A stretch of 64,000 nucleotides of DNA from an uncultured Actinomycetes bacterium (GCA_963835455.1 CAWIFT010000003.1:686061-750060); one strand, 5' to 3'; counted from the first letter of the stretch, positions 29,110 to 39,443 are shown. Numbers and translations: made by a program. Notes: generated from the sequence alone by a model not told the origin.

Positions 29110-29784
29110 CTACGAAAGCCGGCGGACCACGATGATCGGGGTGAGCTCGTCGTTCTGGCCGAGCGGGTTGTCGAGCAACACCTCACGGACGACTGCGTCG
29201 GCCACCGGGAATCCGGCGCTCGTGCCGAGCACCTCGACGTTGATGTTGTTGGCATCGACGATCGCGACCGGCGCGCCCACCGCGGCGGCGATCTCCGCCG
29301 CGGCCGCGTCGGGGTCGGCCGGGCCCAGCATCGCGAACTCGTCGAAGGGCTTCACCGTCGCGGGGCTGAACCCGTCGATCTCCGAGATGCGGTGGCCGGC
29401 GATCCGGTAGAAGTCGCCCCGCCGGCGCAGGACGACGCGGGTGAATCCGCCGATGACCATCGCGAACAGCATGCGCCACCAGCCCGCCTGCCAGATCGCG
29501 ACCTGCATCTTGCGCGGGTCCGAGTAGCCGACGTCGTCGGGATGTTTGGTGACGCCTTTGACGAGCAGCTTGGCGAGCATCCCCGGCCGCACGACGGAGT
29601 GGTGGATGACGCGGCCCTGCGAGATCGTCACGAACTTCTCCGACACGGCGAGCCAGTCGCCCGGTTGCAGCACCGGCTTCACGTATTCGTCGAAGACCGG
29701 CGGGAGCGATTCCTTGATGCTCAGGAGATGCGTCTGCACCGGGATGCGCTCGTAGTCGATGCCGTCGGCGCGGCGCGTCGTCAT
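29110..29784 (-). CDS. F420-0:gamma-glutamyl ligase (CofE)-like family protein
   Basis: GDWLAVSEKFVTISQGR... and DNPLGQNDELTPIIVVR resemble CofE-family motifs. ATG 29784 overlaps the restored AsnB stop (ATGA). Confidence 0.55.
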   Translation of the reverse strand: MTTRRADGIDYERIPVQTHLLSIKESLPPVFDEYVKPVLQPGDWLAVSEKFVTISQGRVIHHSVVRPGMLAKLLVKGVTKHPDDVGYSDPRKMQVAIWQAGWWRMLFAMVIGGFTRVVLRRRGDFYRIAGHRISEIDGFSPATVKPFDEFAMLGPADPDAAAAEIAAAVGAPVAIVDANNINVEVLGTSAGFPVADAVVREVLLDNPLGQNDELTPIIVVRRLS

Positions 29785-31608
29785 ACCGCGACCGCCTGAT
29801 CCATGTACCGGCGCATCCAGAGCTCCGTGACGAGCACGCGCCAGAAGATGAGCCCGTCACCGGGCCGGCCCGCGAGGTACTCGTCCCACGCGGTGACGAG
29901 CTGGGCGCGCGTCGTAGAGATCGCGGGACGCGAGCTCGGGCGACGAGAAGATCGCGCGGATCTCCCGCGACTTCGCCTTCATCCACGTGATGTCGGGATT
30001 CGTGAAGCCGATCTTCGAGCGGCGCAACCGGTTCTTCTCCGGCATGCGCCCCTTCATCGCGTTGCGGTACACCGCACGGTTCCAACCGCCCTTGATCTTC
30101 TGGTCGATCGGCAACGAGAAGATGAACTCGACGAGCTCGTGATCGAGGAACGGGACGCGGGACTCGACCGAGAACGCCATCGAGTTCTTGTCCTCGTACC
30201 GCAGCAGATCGGGCGTCGAGAACTGCAGCACGTCGCTCGCGAGTCGCTCGTTGAGATTCTTGTGGGCATGGAAGTACGCCGAGGTCACCGCGGGGCCGGC
30301 TCGCAGGAGCTCACGCGCGCTGACCGGGTTGGTGGCGCGCGACGGCAGCTTCGAACGGACCAGCTCGCCCGCGTACTTCTTGTAGAGATCGCGGCCCTTG
30401 ATGACCTCGCGCGCGGCCGAGAGGTAGTGCCGCTGCGCGATGGCGGAGCTGAGGTACGCGCGGAAATAGGGGATGTAACCCGCGAGGAGCTCGTCGCCAC
30501 CGTTGCCGCTCACCATCACCTTCACGTGTTGACCGGCGAGGCGGTACACGGAGTAGTACGCGTACGGCGCGGACGCGATCGTGGGTTCCTCCTGGTACCA
30601 GATCCATTCGTCGATCTCGTTCCAGAAGTCGTCGAGCGTCGGATACGCGTAGTGCGGGATGCTGCCGACGGCGCGTTCCACCTCGTGGATGTACTCGCTC
30701 TCGTCGATGCTCTCCCCCGGATACAGCGCCGAGAACGTGTACAGGCCCTGAGTGTGGAGATCCGTGCCGCTCGCCATGAGGCGATGCATCGTGGAGACCA
30801 CGCCGCTCGAGTCGAGTCCGCCCGACAGCGGCACGCCGACCGGCACGTCGGAGATGAGGTGCCGCTGCACGACCTCGTCCCAGCGGCTCGCGAACTCCTC
30901 CGCGTACTCGTCGTCGGTTCGGCTCGACGCGAACTCCGGATTGACGGGCGGGTTCCAGTACCGCTCGATCTTCACGATGCCGTCCGGCCGCACGAGCATG
31001 GTGTGCGCGGGCAACAGCCGCTTGACGCCGTCGAAGAACGTGTCCTCGCCGTCGTCGTGCAGCCGGAACAGGAGGAAGCGGCGCAGCGCGTCGGCGTCGG
31101 GGCGACGCGGCACCCGCGCGTTCTGGAACAACGCCTTCAGCTCCGACGCGAACGCGAACCCCTGCGGACTGGCGACGTAGTACAGCGGCTTGATTCCGAG
31201 ACGGTCGCGGGCGAGGAACAACTCGCCGCGTTCGTGATCGGAGATCGCGAACGCGAACATCCCGGTCAGGTGGTCGACGACGTTGCGGCCCCATTCCTCG
31301 AAGCCGCGCAGGATCACCTCGGTGTCGGAGTGGTCGGTGACGAAGCGCCGGCCGCGCTGCTCCAGCTCGCGCCGCAGCTCGGCGTGGTTGTAGATCTCGC
31401 CGTTGAAGACCAGCGCCAGGTTGCCGTCGTCGCTGTACAGCGGTTGGTCGCCGGTCGCGACGTCGATGATCGCGAGCCGGCGCATGCCGATCGAGAAGTG
31501 CGCCCCGATGTCCGTGCCCTGGCCGTCGGGGCCGCGGTGCACGATCGAACGCAACATCTGTTCCAACAGCTCGGGATCGGAGCCGGCGAACCCGACGATG
31601 CCACACAT
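29781..31608 (-). pseudogene. asnB: asparagine synthase (glutamine-hydrolysing), one frame break near the 3' end
   Basis: Starts MCGIVGF (Ntn Cys) and has SGGLDSS. The listed ORF stops at 29857. After a break in GCGCGCG 29905-29911 the native-looking tail QLVTAWDEYLAGRPGDGLIFWRVLVTELWMRRYMDQAVAV runs to TGA 29781-29783. Confidence 0.85.
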
Positions 31609-31639
31609 CGCCGGTCAGCCTACGGGTGGGAGCCGGGGA

Positions 31640-32303
31640 TCAGTCGGGTTCAGGGGGCGCGAGGGTGCTGGGGCCGACGTGGCGGTCGAGCCAGCGGTTG
31701 ACCGGGGCTGCGTCTCGCCAGGCGGTGGTGATGCGTTGCGCCGCGGCAGCGGTGTGCAGCCAGCGGGGCGCGCCGAACGTGCGACCGACGTGGAGCCCCT
31801 TCATCCGCAGCAGGTCGACGCGCGGGTGGTCGGGATCGAAACCGCGGGGCACGCGCTTCAGCGCGTCGCGTGAGGCAACCTCGTACTTCTTCTTGCGGAG
31901 CGCGTCCACCGCCGCCGCGAGTTTCGGGCCGGTCCGGTTGTCGGCGACCGCGTCGCGGAATCGCTCGAGCTGATCGGTCTGCAGGTGGTAGTAGCCGCTG
32001 CCCACGTAGAGACCCTCGGCCGAGATCTGCACGTAGTACGAGGCCCCGCCTTCGCTCTCGGTCACCGCCGCGGCCGTGGTCTTGTACGGAGTCTTGTCCT
32101 TCGAGAAGCGCGTGTCGCGATGGGGCCGGAAGATGTGGAGCGGACCGAACTCCTTTTCGATGAGCGCCGAGAGCTCGGCGAACGGCGCCTTCACGCACTC
32201 GTCGTAGGTCTCGCGGTGCGCGAGCCAGAACGCGCGTGGAGTTGTCGGCCTCCAGGCGGACGTAGAAATCGAGCGCGGCGTCCGGCCAGCCCGCGAACGT
32301 CAC
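31640..32303 (-). pseudogene. DUF2461 (TIGR02453) family protein, one frame break
   Basis: The N-terminus VTFAGWPDAALDFYVRLEADNSTR starts at a GTG that overlaps the LigD-pol stop (GTGA). The continuation FWLAHRETYDECVKAPFAELS...FRPHRDTRFSKDKTPYKT is in another frame. The break is at CGCGCG 32231-32236. Confidence 0.75.
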
Positions 32304-33322
32304 TCGTCCTTCACCTTCTTCGCCCGACTGGGCGCGACGCGTGGTGGTTCGCCCGGCATCTTGGGATACTGCGGCGGCCACGGCGCGTCCTGGAGTCCGC
32401 TCGCGAGGTCGCGCGCCGACATCTCGAGCAGCGGCTCGATCGACTGCGGTTCCGCGGGCATGTCCGCCCAGGGGTCGCCGAGCGCCTCGACGCGCGCGGG
32501 GACGGTTGCGATCGTCTGCGCGTCGGCGTCGATCGTCTCGAGCTCGCTCCAGTCGAACGGGGTCGACACCTGCGCGCCTTCGCGTGCCCGAACGCACCAT
32601 GCGCCGAAGATCGTCTTGTGCGGGGCGTTCTGGTTGAAGTCGATGAAGATGCGTTCCCCCCGCTCTTCCTTCCACCACGCGTCGGTGATGAGCGCGGGGT
32701 TGCGGCGCGCGAGCTCGCGCGCCGCGGCGACGGCGGCCGCGCGCACCTGCATCCCGGTCCATTGGGGTAGGAGCCGGACGTACACGTGGATGCCGCGGTT
32801 CCCGGTGGTCTTGGGGTGCGCGACGATCCCGAGCTCGTCGAACAACGCGCGCACGTCGGTGGCTGCGGCCCGGGCCTCTTCGAAGCCCGTGCCCGGTTGC
32901 GGATCGAGGTCGATGCGCAACTCGTCGGCGTGCTCGGGGTCGTTCGCGTGCGACGGCCACACGTGGAAACCGAGGCATCCGAGGTTCACCGCCCACGCGA
33001 TGTGCGCGAGATCGGCGGCGACGAGCGCGCGCGACGTCGTTCCGTTCGGCGTGCTGACGATCGTCGTCTCGAGCCACTCCGGCGCGTTGTCGGGAACGCG
33101 TTTTTGGAAGAACGAGGATCCGGTGGCCCCGTGCGGGAACCGTTGCATGAGCACCGGGCGTCCGCCGATGGTCCGCATGATGGGCTCGGCGACCGAGAGG
33201 TAGTAGTTCACGAGGTCGAGCTTGGTTTCGCCCCGCTCGGGAAACAGCACCTTCCCCGGGCTGGAGATGCGCACCGGCCGCCCGGAGATCTCGAGCTCGA
33301 TCGCGTCATCTCCGCGCGCCAC
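32300..33322 (-). CDS. LigD-type NHEJ polymerase/primase domain protein
   Basis: ISSPGKVLFPERGETKLDLVNYY..., VLMQRFPHG, HADELRIDLDP and KTTGNRGIHVYVRL match the archaeo-eukaryotic primase-like LigD PolDom. Confidence 0.85.
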   Translation of the reverse strand: MARGDDAIELEISGRPVRISSPGKVLFPERGETKLDLVNYYLSVAEPIMRTIGGRPVLMQRFPHGATGSSFFQKRVPDNAPEWLETTIVSTPNGTTSRALVAADLAHIAWAVNLGCLGFHVWPSHANDPEHADELRIDLDPQPGTGFEEARAAATDVRALFDELGIVAHPKTTGNRGIHVYVRLLPQWTGMQVRAAAVAAARELARRNPALITDAWWKEERGERIFIDFNQNAPHKTIFGAWCVRAREGAQVSTPFDWSELETIDADAQTIATVPARVEALGDPWADMPAEPQSIEPLLEMSARDLASGLQDAPWPPQYPKMPGEPPRVAPSRAKKVKDE

Positions 33323-33352
33323 GACCCGACGCTACCGCCGTCCCGGTAGTGG

Positions 33353-33358
33353 TAATCT
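33353..33358 (+). promoter_or_regulatory. possible -10 hexamer (TAATCT) for a leaderless transcript
   Basis: A TANNNT-type hexamer sits 7 nt upstream of the A of ATG 33366, with no SD in between. This is a common actinobacterial leaderless arrangement. Confidence 0.3.
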
Positions 33359-33365
33359 ACCCACT

Positions 33366-33878
33366 ATGACCTTCGTGGTGGCCAGGCCCGACCGCCGGCC
33401 CAACCGGCCCGACGGCACCGGGCCGATCCGGTACGAGATCCGGGAGTCGGTGAGCACCGCCGCCGGCCCGCGGGCGCGAACGCTGGCGACGTTCAGGGTG
33501 CTGACCTCCGGCGTGATCACCGAAGCCGCGAGCCGGGCGCGTCGACCGTTCGACGCGGCCGACGTGCGGGCGCGGGCGGCTGCCCTGGGCGCACCGCAGC
33601 GGTCGCACGAAGCGGCGGCGACGGCGTCGGCGCTGCTCGCGCAACTCCGACTCGGCGAGCCGATCCCGCCCGCGCTCGCCGCAGAGCTGCGGCGCGCCCT
33701 CCCGCGCGAGAAATCTGCGCCGCCCGACAGTCTGGAGTCCGCGATCGAATGGATCGGCGTCGACGATGCCGCGCGCGGTCGGGCCTTGCGTGATCTCCTC
33801 GAGGTCGCGAGCCGCGTCCCGCCGCGACCGCGGCCGTCCCGGTCGTCGTTCCCGCGCCTCTCGTCGGCCGCGTCGTGA
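33366..33878 (+). CDS. hypothetical protein (partner of the downstream nucleotidyltransferase-fold protein)
   Basis: Starts MTFVVARPDRRPNRPDGTGPIRYEIRESV. Its stop overlaps the next gene's start (GTGA). No recognisable motif. Confidence 0.45.
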   Translation: MTFVVARPDRRPNRPDGTGPIRYEIRESVSTAAGPRARTLATFRVLTSGVITEAASRARRPFDAADVRARAAALGAPQRSHEAAATASALLAQLRLGEPIPPALAAELRRALPREKSAPPDSLESAIEWIGVDDAARGRALRDLLEVASRVPPRPRPSRSSFPRLSSAAS

Positions 33879-34447
33879 CCCCGACCGAAACCTCGCTGCC
33901 CGACAAGATCACCGAGCTGTCGCGCGTGCTCGGCGCGTCGGACGTTCCGTTCGCCTTCGGCGGGGCACTGGCGTTGGCTTACTACGCGGAGCCGCGTGCA
34001 ACCGTCGACGTCGACATCAATGTCTTCGTCCCGCCGGAATCGGTCGATCGCGTGGCCGAGACTCTCGACACGCTCGGCATCCGCACGTCCGTGGCCGATC
34101 GTCGACTCGTGCTCCGCGATGGACAGGTCCGCCTGCACTGGGGCGTCACGCCCGTCGATCTGTTCTTCGCGTACGACGCGTTTCACTTCCACGCCGCGCA
34201 ACGAGTTCGTTCGGTGCCGTTCGGTGCCGACACGATCCTTGTCCTTGCGCCGGAAGACCTCCTCGTGTGCAAGGTGGTCTTCAACCGGCGCAAGGACTGG
34301 ATCGACATCGAGCAGATGTTGCTGCTGAACGCGGGGACGCTCGATCTCGACGACGTGCGGCGTTGGGTCATTGCGATGGTCGGCGCCGACGACGACCGAA
34401 CCGCCCGATTCGAACGTGCGGTCCGAGAGGTGCTCGGCGATCAGTAG
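33875..34447 (+). CDS. nucleotidyltransferase-fold protein (minimal NTase, DUF2204/DUF6036/AbiEii-like)
   Basis: VPFAFGGALALAYYAEPRATVDVDINVF shows the G[GS]-x9-12-DxD pattern of pol-beta-superfamily NTases. 190 aa. Confidence 0.5.
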   Translation: MTPTETSLPDKITELSRVLGASDVPFAFGGALALAYYAEPRATVDVDINVFVPPESVDRVAETLDTLGIRTSVADRRLVLRDGQVRLHWGVTPVDLFFAYDAFHFHAAQRVRSVPFGADTILVLAPEDLLVCKVVFNRRKDWIDIEQMLLLNAGTLDLDDVRRWVIAMVGADDDRTARFERAVREVLGDQ

Positions 34448-35094
34448 ATGCTGACGTCGGGCCCGAGGCCCATCGACGCGGCGTCGGCGCGGCCCGTCGC
34501 CACGAGCACGAACTGCAGCGGGTCGCCGGTGATCTCCGGTCCACCGCCGCTCACGTCGTGGCGGCCGACCCCGTCGAGCGTCAGTGTGGCCGGGCCCCAG
34601 TCCTTCTTCGTCAGCTCCGCCGCGAGGTAGGCAACCGACGCATCGAGGCCGTCACCGCGCTCGGAGGCGCGCCCGGTCGCGTCGCGTACGTCGTCGGCGT
34701 GGACGTAGGTGTCGTACCAGAGCGTCAACACGCCTTCGCCGAGGGTGAGGTCGGGGACACCGATCGGTCCGGCCCACGCGTCGTCGTCGATCACGTCGAG
34801 CAACGCACGCAGCGCCGCGGTGGCGGTGCGCAGCCGCGCCGCGGCACCGGCTGGTGTCTCGTGGCGGACCGACGCGGCTTCCTCGTCGGCATTGCGGCTC
34901 CCGGGAACGCCGGCCGCGGTGTCCTCCGCGAGGCCGACGACGTGACCGGCGACATCGCGTGTCTGCCAGCCGGCGCAGCGGGCCGCGGCGTTCCATTCCT
35001 TTTCGGTCAAGCCCTCGATCAGCTCGGCGAAGGCTTCGTATTCGGCCAGGCATCCGTTGGATACGTGCGTGCGGGTGTTCGTGGTGGTCGTCAT
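34441..35094 (-). CDS. maleylpyruvate isomerase-family mycothiol-dependent enzyme (DinB/MDMPI_N fold)
   Basis: EWNAAARCAGWQTRDVAGHVVG... is the typical TIGR03083 N-terminal pattern. ATG at 35094. Confidence 0.65.
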   Translation of the reverse strand: MTTTTNTRTHVSNGCLAEYEAFAELIEGLTEKEWNAAARCAGWQTRDVAGHVVGLAEDTAAGVPGSRNADEEAASVRHETPAGAAARLRTATAALRALLDVIDDDAWAGPIGVPDLTLGEGVLTLWYDTYVHADDVRDATGRASERGDGLDASVAYLAAELTKKDWGPATLTLDGVGRHDVSGGGPEITGDPLQFVLVATGRADAASMGLGPDVSIY

Positions 35095-35156
35095 GGCACC
35101 GAGTCTGCGCGCGCGGTTGCCGAACGTCGATTCCCTCGGAGGTAATGCGCTCGCGG

Positions 35157-35387
35157 TCAGACCGACCGCGAGCGGTGTCGGCCGACGACGAGATACAGCG
35201 GCGACCCGATGGGCTGCACGAAGCAACCGAGGAACCAGACCAGCTTGGGGCCGCGCACTTCGGCGGCGGGCCGGTGGACGAGGTCGCGCAGCGCGATCGT
35301 CGTCACGATGAGCTCCGCGCCCGCGCCGATGACGATCGCGGTCCGCGCCGCCGGGGAGAGCTCGGACCACTTCTTCTTCTGCTTCAC
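35157..35387 (-). CDS. small membrane protein, PLD-nuclease N-terminal (PLDc_N) domain-like
   Basis: Two TM segments and ...VWFLGCFVQPIGSPLYLVVGR. GTG 35387 overlaps the upstream stop (GTGA). Confidence 0.55.
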   Translation of the reverse strand: MKQKKKWSELSPAARTAIVIGAGAELIVTTIALRDLVHRPAAEVRGPKLVWFLGCFVQPIGSPLYLVVGRHRSRSV

Positions 35388-35755
35388 GTCCGCACACTCC
35401 GTTGGCTCGACGGCCGGACCCGACGCTCGCAGCGGGTCGCCCGCGGCTCGCCCGAGCAGCTTCGCGCCGACGGTCGCAGACTCAGCACGGTGGCGTCGAT
35501 CATCTCGGCGACCCGACGGGACGCGGCGTCGTCGTCGGATGTCGTTCGTGCGTACGCCACAACGGTGGGGAGTGCCGAATCTCCACGCTCGGTCGACGGT
35601 GCGTGCCGGCGACGACGACGCTCCAGTTCGTTGTCGTACTGCAGCATCGCTCGATCGCCGTCTCCCGCGGCCCGACCGAACGCGAGCGCGGATGCGATGA
35701 GCACGAAGTAGGCGAGACACAGGACTGCGACCAGGGAACCGTTCAAGCCGATCAT
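35384..35755 (-). CDS. hypothetical membrane-anchored protein
   Basis: MIGLNGSLVAVLCLAYFVLIASALAF forms one TM. The stop is coupled (GTGA) to the downstream gene. The start is uncertain. Confidence 0.35.
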   Translation of the reverse strand: MIGLNGSLVAVLCLAYFVLIASALAFGRAAGDGDRAMLQYDNELERRRRRHAPSTERGDSALPTVVAYARTTSDDDAASRRVAEMIDATVLSLRPSARSCSGEPRATRCERRVRPSSQRSVRT

Positions 35756-36215
35756 GTCCCCGAGGCTCGTCTCCGGCCCGGTCCGCCCCCAGGGCCATGA
35801 GCCACTATCCCCGTGGGCCGCGAGTCCCGACGCCGAGGGTTCGACTACCGCTCGATCACCCGCGGTGACGGCGAGTGGCGATCGGAAGGCGGGTGTTCGT
35901 GGTCGCGGCGATGCCGTTGCCCGGGGAGACCAGGCAGTCGGGGTCGTGCGGGTGACCCCACGACCGCCGACCGACGCGGACCATCGCCCCGAAGACGAGC
36001 GCGACCACGATGGAGATCGCACTCCAACTCACGAGGGCGACGCCGACCACCTCACCGATGCGAAGCACGATCGCGAACACGCCCGATCGGCACTCCGGGT
36101 TTGGCCGGCCGGCTCTCGTCGGACGCGCAGTTCGATGACCGGGCGGCGGCGTTCTCCGGGCGTTACCTCGGAGGTAATGGTGGCGGCGCGACGGCGTCGG
36201 TACGGTGCATTTTCG

Positions 36216-37025
36216 ATGCTCGACTCCACCCCGGCTCCGGCCGGGCAGCTGTTGCGGGAGTGGCGGGTCCGGCGGCGGATGAGCCAACTCGACCTCGCGT
36301 CGGAGGCCGGCATCTCCGCGCGCCACCTCAGCTTCGTCGAGACCGGTCGGTCCCGGCCGAGCCGGGAGATGCTGCTGCACCTCGCCGAGAACCTCGACGT
36401 CCCGCTGCGCGAGCGCAATCCGCTGCTCATGGCCGCGGGCTACGCGCCCACCTATCAGGCGACGGACTTCGACGCGCCCGAGATGCAGTCGGTGCGGGAC
36501 GCGGTCGAACGACTGCTCGCGGCGCACGAGCCGTATCCCGCGATCCTCGTCGATCGCCGATGGAATCTGGTGAGCGCGAACCGCGCCGCGACCGTGCTCG
36601 TCGACGGGGTCGCCCCCGAGCTCATCGCGCCGACCTGCAATGTGCTGCGCGCCAGCTTGCACCCACAGGGACTCGCGCCGCGGATCGTGAACATCGCGCC
36701 ATGGAGTGCGCACGTGATCGACAATCTCCGGCGGCAGATCGCCGTCACCGGCGATGACGAACTGCGCGAGCTCGAGCGTGAGCTGCTCGGCTATGCGCGT
36801 GACATGGGCGTCACCGTTCCGCCACCTGCGGAAGCGCCACGCGCGATCGCGACCACGATGCGATTGCGCACGCAATGGGGTGAGCTGGCCCTGATGACCC
36901 TCATCGCGACGTTCGGCACGGCACTCGACATCACGCTCGCCGAGTTGTCGCTCGAGACCTTTCTCCCCGCCGACCCGGCGACGGCCGCGGCCCTCTACGA
37001 GCGCATGAATTCGGGTACGGCGTAG
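36216..37025 (+). CDS. XRE-family HTH regulator with MmyB-like C-terminal domain
   Basis: LLREWRVRRRMSQLDLASEAGISARHLSFVETGRSRPSREMLLHLAENLDVPLRERN and PYPAILVDRRWNLVSAN are characteristic of the family. Confidence 0.8.
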   Translation: MLDSTPAPAGQLLREWRVRRRMSQLDLASEAGISARHLSFVETGRSRPSREMLLHLAENLDVPLRERNPLLMAAGYAPTYQATDFDAPEMQSVRDAVERLLAAHEPYPAILVDRRWNLVSANRAATVLVDGVAPELIAPTCNVLRASLHPQGLAPRIVNIAPWSAHVIDNLRRQIAVTGDDELRELERELLGYARDMGVTVPPPAEAPRAIATTMRLRTQWGELALMTLIATFGTALDITLAELSLETFLPADPATAAALYERMNSGTA

Positions 37026-37111
37026 GAATGACTGCGGTGTTCTACGTGCTATCCCGGACGCCGCGTCAGCGGTAAGCTTGTGCTCAGCCGGCGGCGGGTA
37101 AAGGGGCCTAC

Positions 37112-37402
37112 ATGGCTTTGCAGACTGACCTTTCTGCCACGCAGTCAACGACCGAGATCGCACCCGATCTCCGACACGGTGAGCATCCGCGGTGCTTGTG
37201 TCGCTTCGAAGACGGCGTCGTGTTCGCGTACGCCGAACGCGGCCACGAGTTCATCCGCGCGAGCGATCGTGAGCTGTGGGCCGTCGAGCGCGACGACGTT
37301 CTCGTGTCGGCGCGTTCCGGAGTCGTGCTCGCGCAGCGGCGCGGTCGCGTCTTCTTCGCCGCCGAGACCGACGAGCCGTTGTACTACGAGCGCGCGGTCT
37401 GA
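37112..37402 (+). CDS. hypothetical small protein
   Basis: 96-aa ORF with balanced composition, ATG preceded by AAAGGGG. No motif recognised. Confidence 0.4.
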   Translation: MALQTDLSATQSTTEIAPDLRHGEHPRCLCRFEDGVVFAYAERGHEFIRASDRELWAVERDDVLVSARSGVVLAQRRGRVFFAAETDEPLYYERAV

Positions 37403-38022
37403 CCGGCCGCGCGCGCAACGGCACCCGACTCGGGGTCGAGCAGTAGGCCGATCGCGTCGGTGAGGTCGTCGGACACCATCGTGATCGTGATGCGGCCCGC
37501 GAGCCACGAGCGCAAGCGCGATGCGAGCACGGCGTCGATGACGGTGACGACGCGTTGCGCGGTCTCGCGGTCGACGTCCTGGATCGCCTCGACGTAGATG
37601 TCGTTCGTGGTTTGCGCGAGGCGCGCGAGGATCTCGGCCGCGAACGGATCGGACGACGTTTCGAGCGTTGCGACCAGGCGGGCGAGTGAAGGCTGACGCT
37701 GGAACGCGCGGACCGACCGGTTGATGACCTGGGTCAGACGTTGCGCGTCCGTCGGGCCGCGCAGGGGATTGCGGGAGATGTTCGTCCGCAGGGATCCCGC
37801 CCAGCGCACCAGCACCTCGGCGAAGAGATGCTCCTTCGACGAGAAGTAGTGGTACAGCGTGCCGAGCGCGACGTTGGCTTCCTCGGCGACGTCCTTCACC
37901 TGGATCTTGTCGAAGTCGCGTTCGCCGAGGAGCGTGAGTCCCGCGTCGATGATGCGGTCGCGCCGGGCCTGTTGCGTGAGCGTCAGGCCCGACTTGGGGA
38001 CGGTCGACTTGGCGGCGGTCAT
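37384..38022 (-). CDS. TetR/AcrR family transcriptional regulator
   Basis: RRDRIIDAGLTLLGERDFDKIQVKDVAEEANVALGTLYHYFSSKEHLF. Confidence 0.85.
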   Translation of the reverse strand: MTAAKSTVPKSGLTLTQQARRDRIIDAGLTLLGERDFDKIQVKDVAEEANVALGTLYHYFSSKEHLFAEVLVRWAGSLRTNISRNPLRGPTDAQRLTQVINRSVRAFQRQPSLARLVATLETSSDPFAAEILARLAQTTNDIYVEAIQDVDRETAQRVVTVIDAVLASRLRSWLAGRITITMVSDDLTDAIGLLLDPESGAVARAAGQTARS

Positions 38023-38035
38023 CGCTGCGAACTAT

Positions 38036-38054
38036 ACTAGAATCTCGTTCTAGT
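38036..38054. promoter_or_regulatory. perfect 7-5-7 palindrome ACTAGAA-TCTCG-TTCTAGT, candidate TetR operator
   Basis: Lies in the 55-bp divergent region between the TetR gene (start 38022) and the amidohydrolase gene (GTG 38078), in an unusually AT-rich context. Confidence 0.6.
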
Positions 38055-38077
38055 TCCGGCGCCCTGCAGGAGGAATC

Positions 38078-39301
38078 GTGGCGGCAGCGACCGATCAGCG
38101 ATACACGATCATCTCGTCCGACACGCACGCGGGCGGCAGCCACGCGCAGTACCGCGAGTTCCTCGAGAAGAAGTACCTCGACGACTTCGACGCCTGGCGC
38201 GAGAAGTACAAGAACCCGTTCAAGGACCTCGGTGACCAACGCCGTTGGCGCAACTGGGACAACGAGATGCGCAACGGTCAACAGGACGCGGACGGCATCG
38301 TCGGTGAGGTCATCTTCCCGAACACCGTGCCGCCGTTCTTCCCGAGCTTCGTGCTCTTCGCCGCGCCGCCGAAGCCCGACGAGTACGAGCACCGGCTCGC
38401 GGGCGTGCGCGCGCACAACCGGTGGCTCGAAGACTTCTGCGGCCAGTTCCCGGAGCGCCGCGCCGGCATCGGTCAGTTCTTCGTCAACGACATCGACGAT
38501 GCCATCGAAGACGTGAAGTGGATCAAGGAGCACGGCCTGCGCGGTGGCGCGCTGTTGCCGTCGGTGCCGCCCGACGCGACCTGGTTGAAGCCGCTCAACC
38601 ACCCCGACTACGACCGCCTCTGGGCCGTCTGCGAAGACCTCGAGGTACCGATCAACTGCCACGGTGGTGTCGGCGGACCCGCGTACTATCCGCACCCGTC
38701 GTCCGCGCTCATCCAGATCACCGAGCTCGGCAACTACTCGCGGCGCCCGCTCATCTTCATGTTGCTGTCCGGCGTGTTCGAGCGCTTCCCGAACCTCAAG
38801 TTCGTGATGACCGAGCAGGGTTGCGCGTGGATCCCGTCGTTCCTCGCGCAGATGGACGACGTGTTGGCCCGCGTGAAGAAGCATGGCGCGATCGGCGAGC
38901 TCCGCTTCAAGCCCGAGCACATCCTCCCGAAGTCCGCGACCGAGTACTTCCAGCAGAACGTGTGGCTCGGTGTGAGCTTCCCGGGACCGGCCGATGCACG
39001 GGCCGCGAAGCAGACCGTTGGTCTCGACAAGTTCATGTGGGGATCCGACTACCCGCACGACGAGGGCACGTACCCGTTCTCACGGGAGGCGTTGCGCCAG
39101 GTCTTCTCCGACTGGAGCCCGGCCGACATGCAGAAGATCCTCACCGACAACGTCGCGAAGCTCTACGGCTTCGACGTCCCGGCGTTGAAGCCGCTCGCGG
39201 ACCAGTTCGGACCCACGCAGGCCGAGCTCGCGCAGCCCCTCGTCGAGCTGCCCGAGAACCCGAACGAGGCGTTGCTCCGGGCGCGCGCGTCGGCGGCGTA
39301 G
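38078..39301 (+). CDS. amidohydrolase-2 family metal-dependent hydrolase (ACMSD-like)
   Basis: [12 protein letters not shown] near the N-terminus and [14 protein letters not shown] near the C-terminus. SD AGGAGGA lies before the GTG. Confidence 0.8.
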   Translation: MAAATDQRYTIISSDTHAGGSHAQYREFLEKKYLDDFDAWREKYKNPFKDLGDQRRWRNWDNEMRNGQQDADGIVGEVIFPNTVPPFFPSFVLFAAPPKPDEYEHRLAGVRAHNRWLEDFCGQFPERRAGIGQFFVNDIDDAIEDVKWIKEHGLRGGALLPSVPPDATWLKPLNHPDYDRLWAVCEDLEVPINCHGGVGGPAYYPHPSSALIQITELGNYSRRPLIFMLLSGVFERFPNLKFVMTEQGCAWIPSFLAQMDDVLARVKKHGAIGELRFKPEHILPKSATEYFQQNVWLGVSFPGPADARAAKQTVGLDKFMWGSDYPHDEGTYPFSREALRQVFSDWSPADMQKILTDNVAKLYGFDVPALKPLADQFGPTQAELAQPLVELPENPNEALLRARASAA

Positions 39302-39443
39302 ACCCTCGGAATCTGCCCGCTCGCGGTCCCAACCGGTCGAATTCGGGGTCAGGGGTAGCGGTCCGGCCGACGTCCAATACACTGACCAGCGAGCGAGCCG
39401 GTCGAATTGGTCGGTCGGTCGCGGATCAGGAAACGAGTATTTC

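Noticed and set aside
35856-36080. Possible 74-aa small membrane protein (GTG 36080, VFAIVLRIGEVVGVALVSWSAISIVVALVFGAM...) divergent from the XRE regulator.
   Set aside because: It has one or two hydrophobic helices but a poor SD and no conservation evidence available here. It could equally be a chance ORF.
39331-39408. Direct repeat CCGGTCGAATT (39333-39343 and 39398-39408) in the cspA 5' leader as a cold-box-like element.
   Set aside because: It is only 11 nt and I cannot align it to the known csp cold box from memory. It may be chance.
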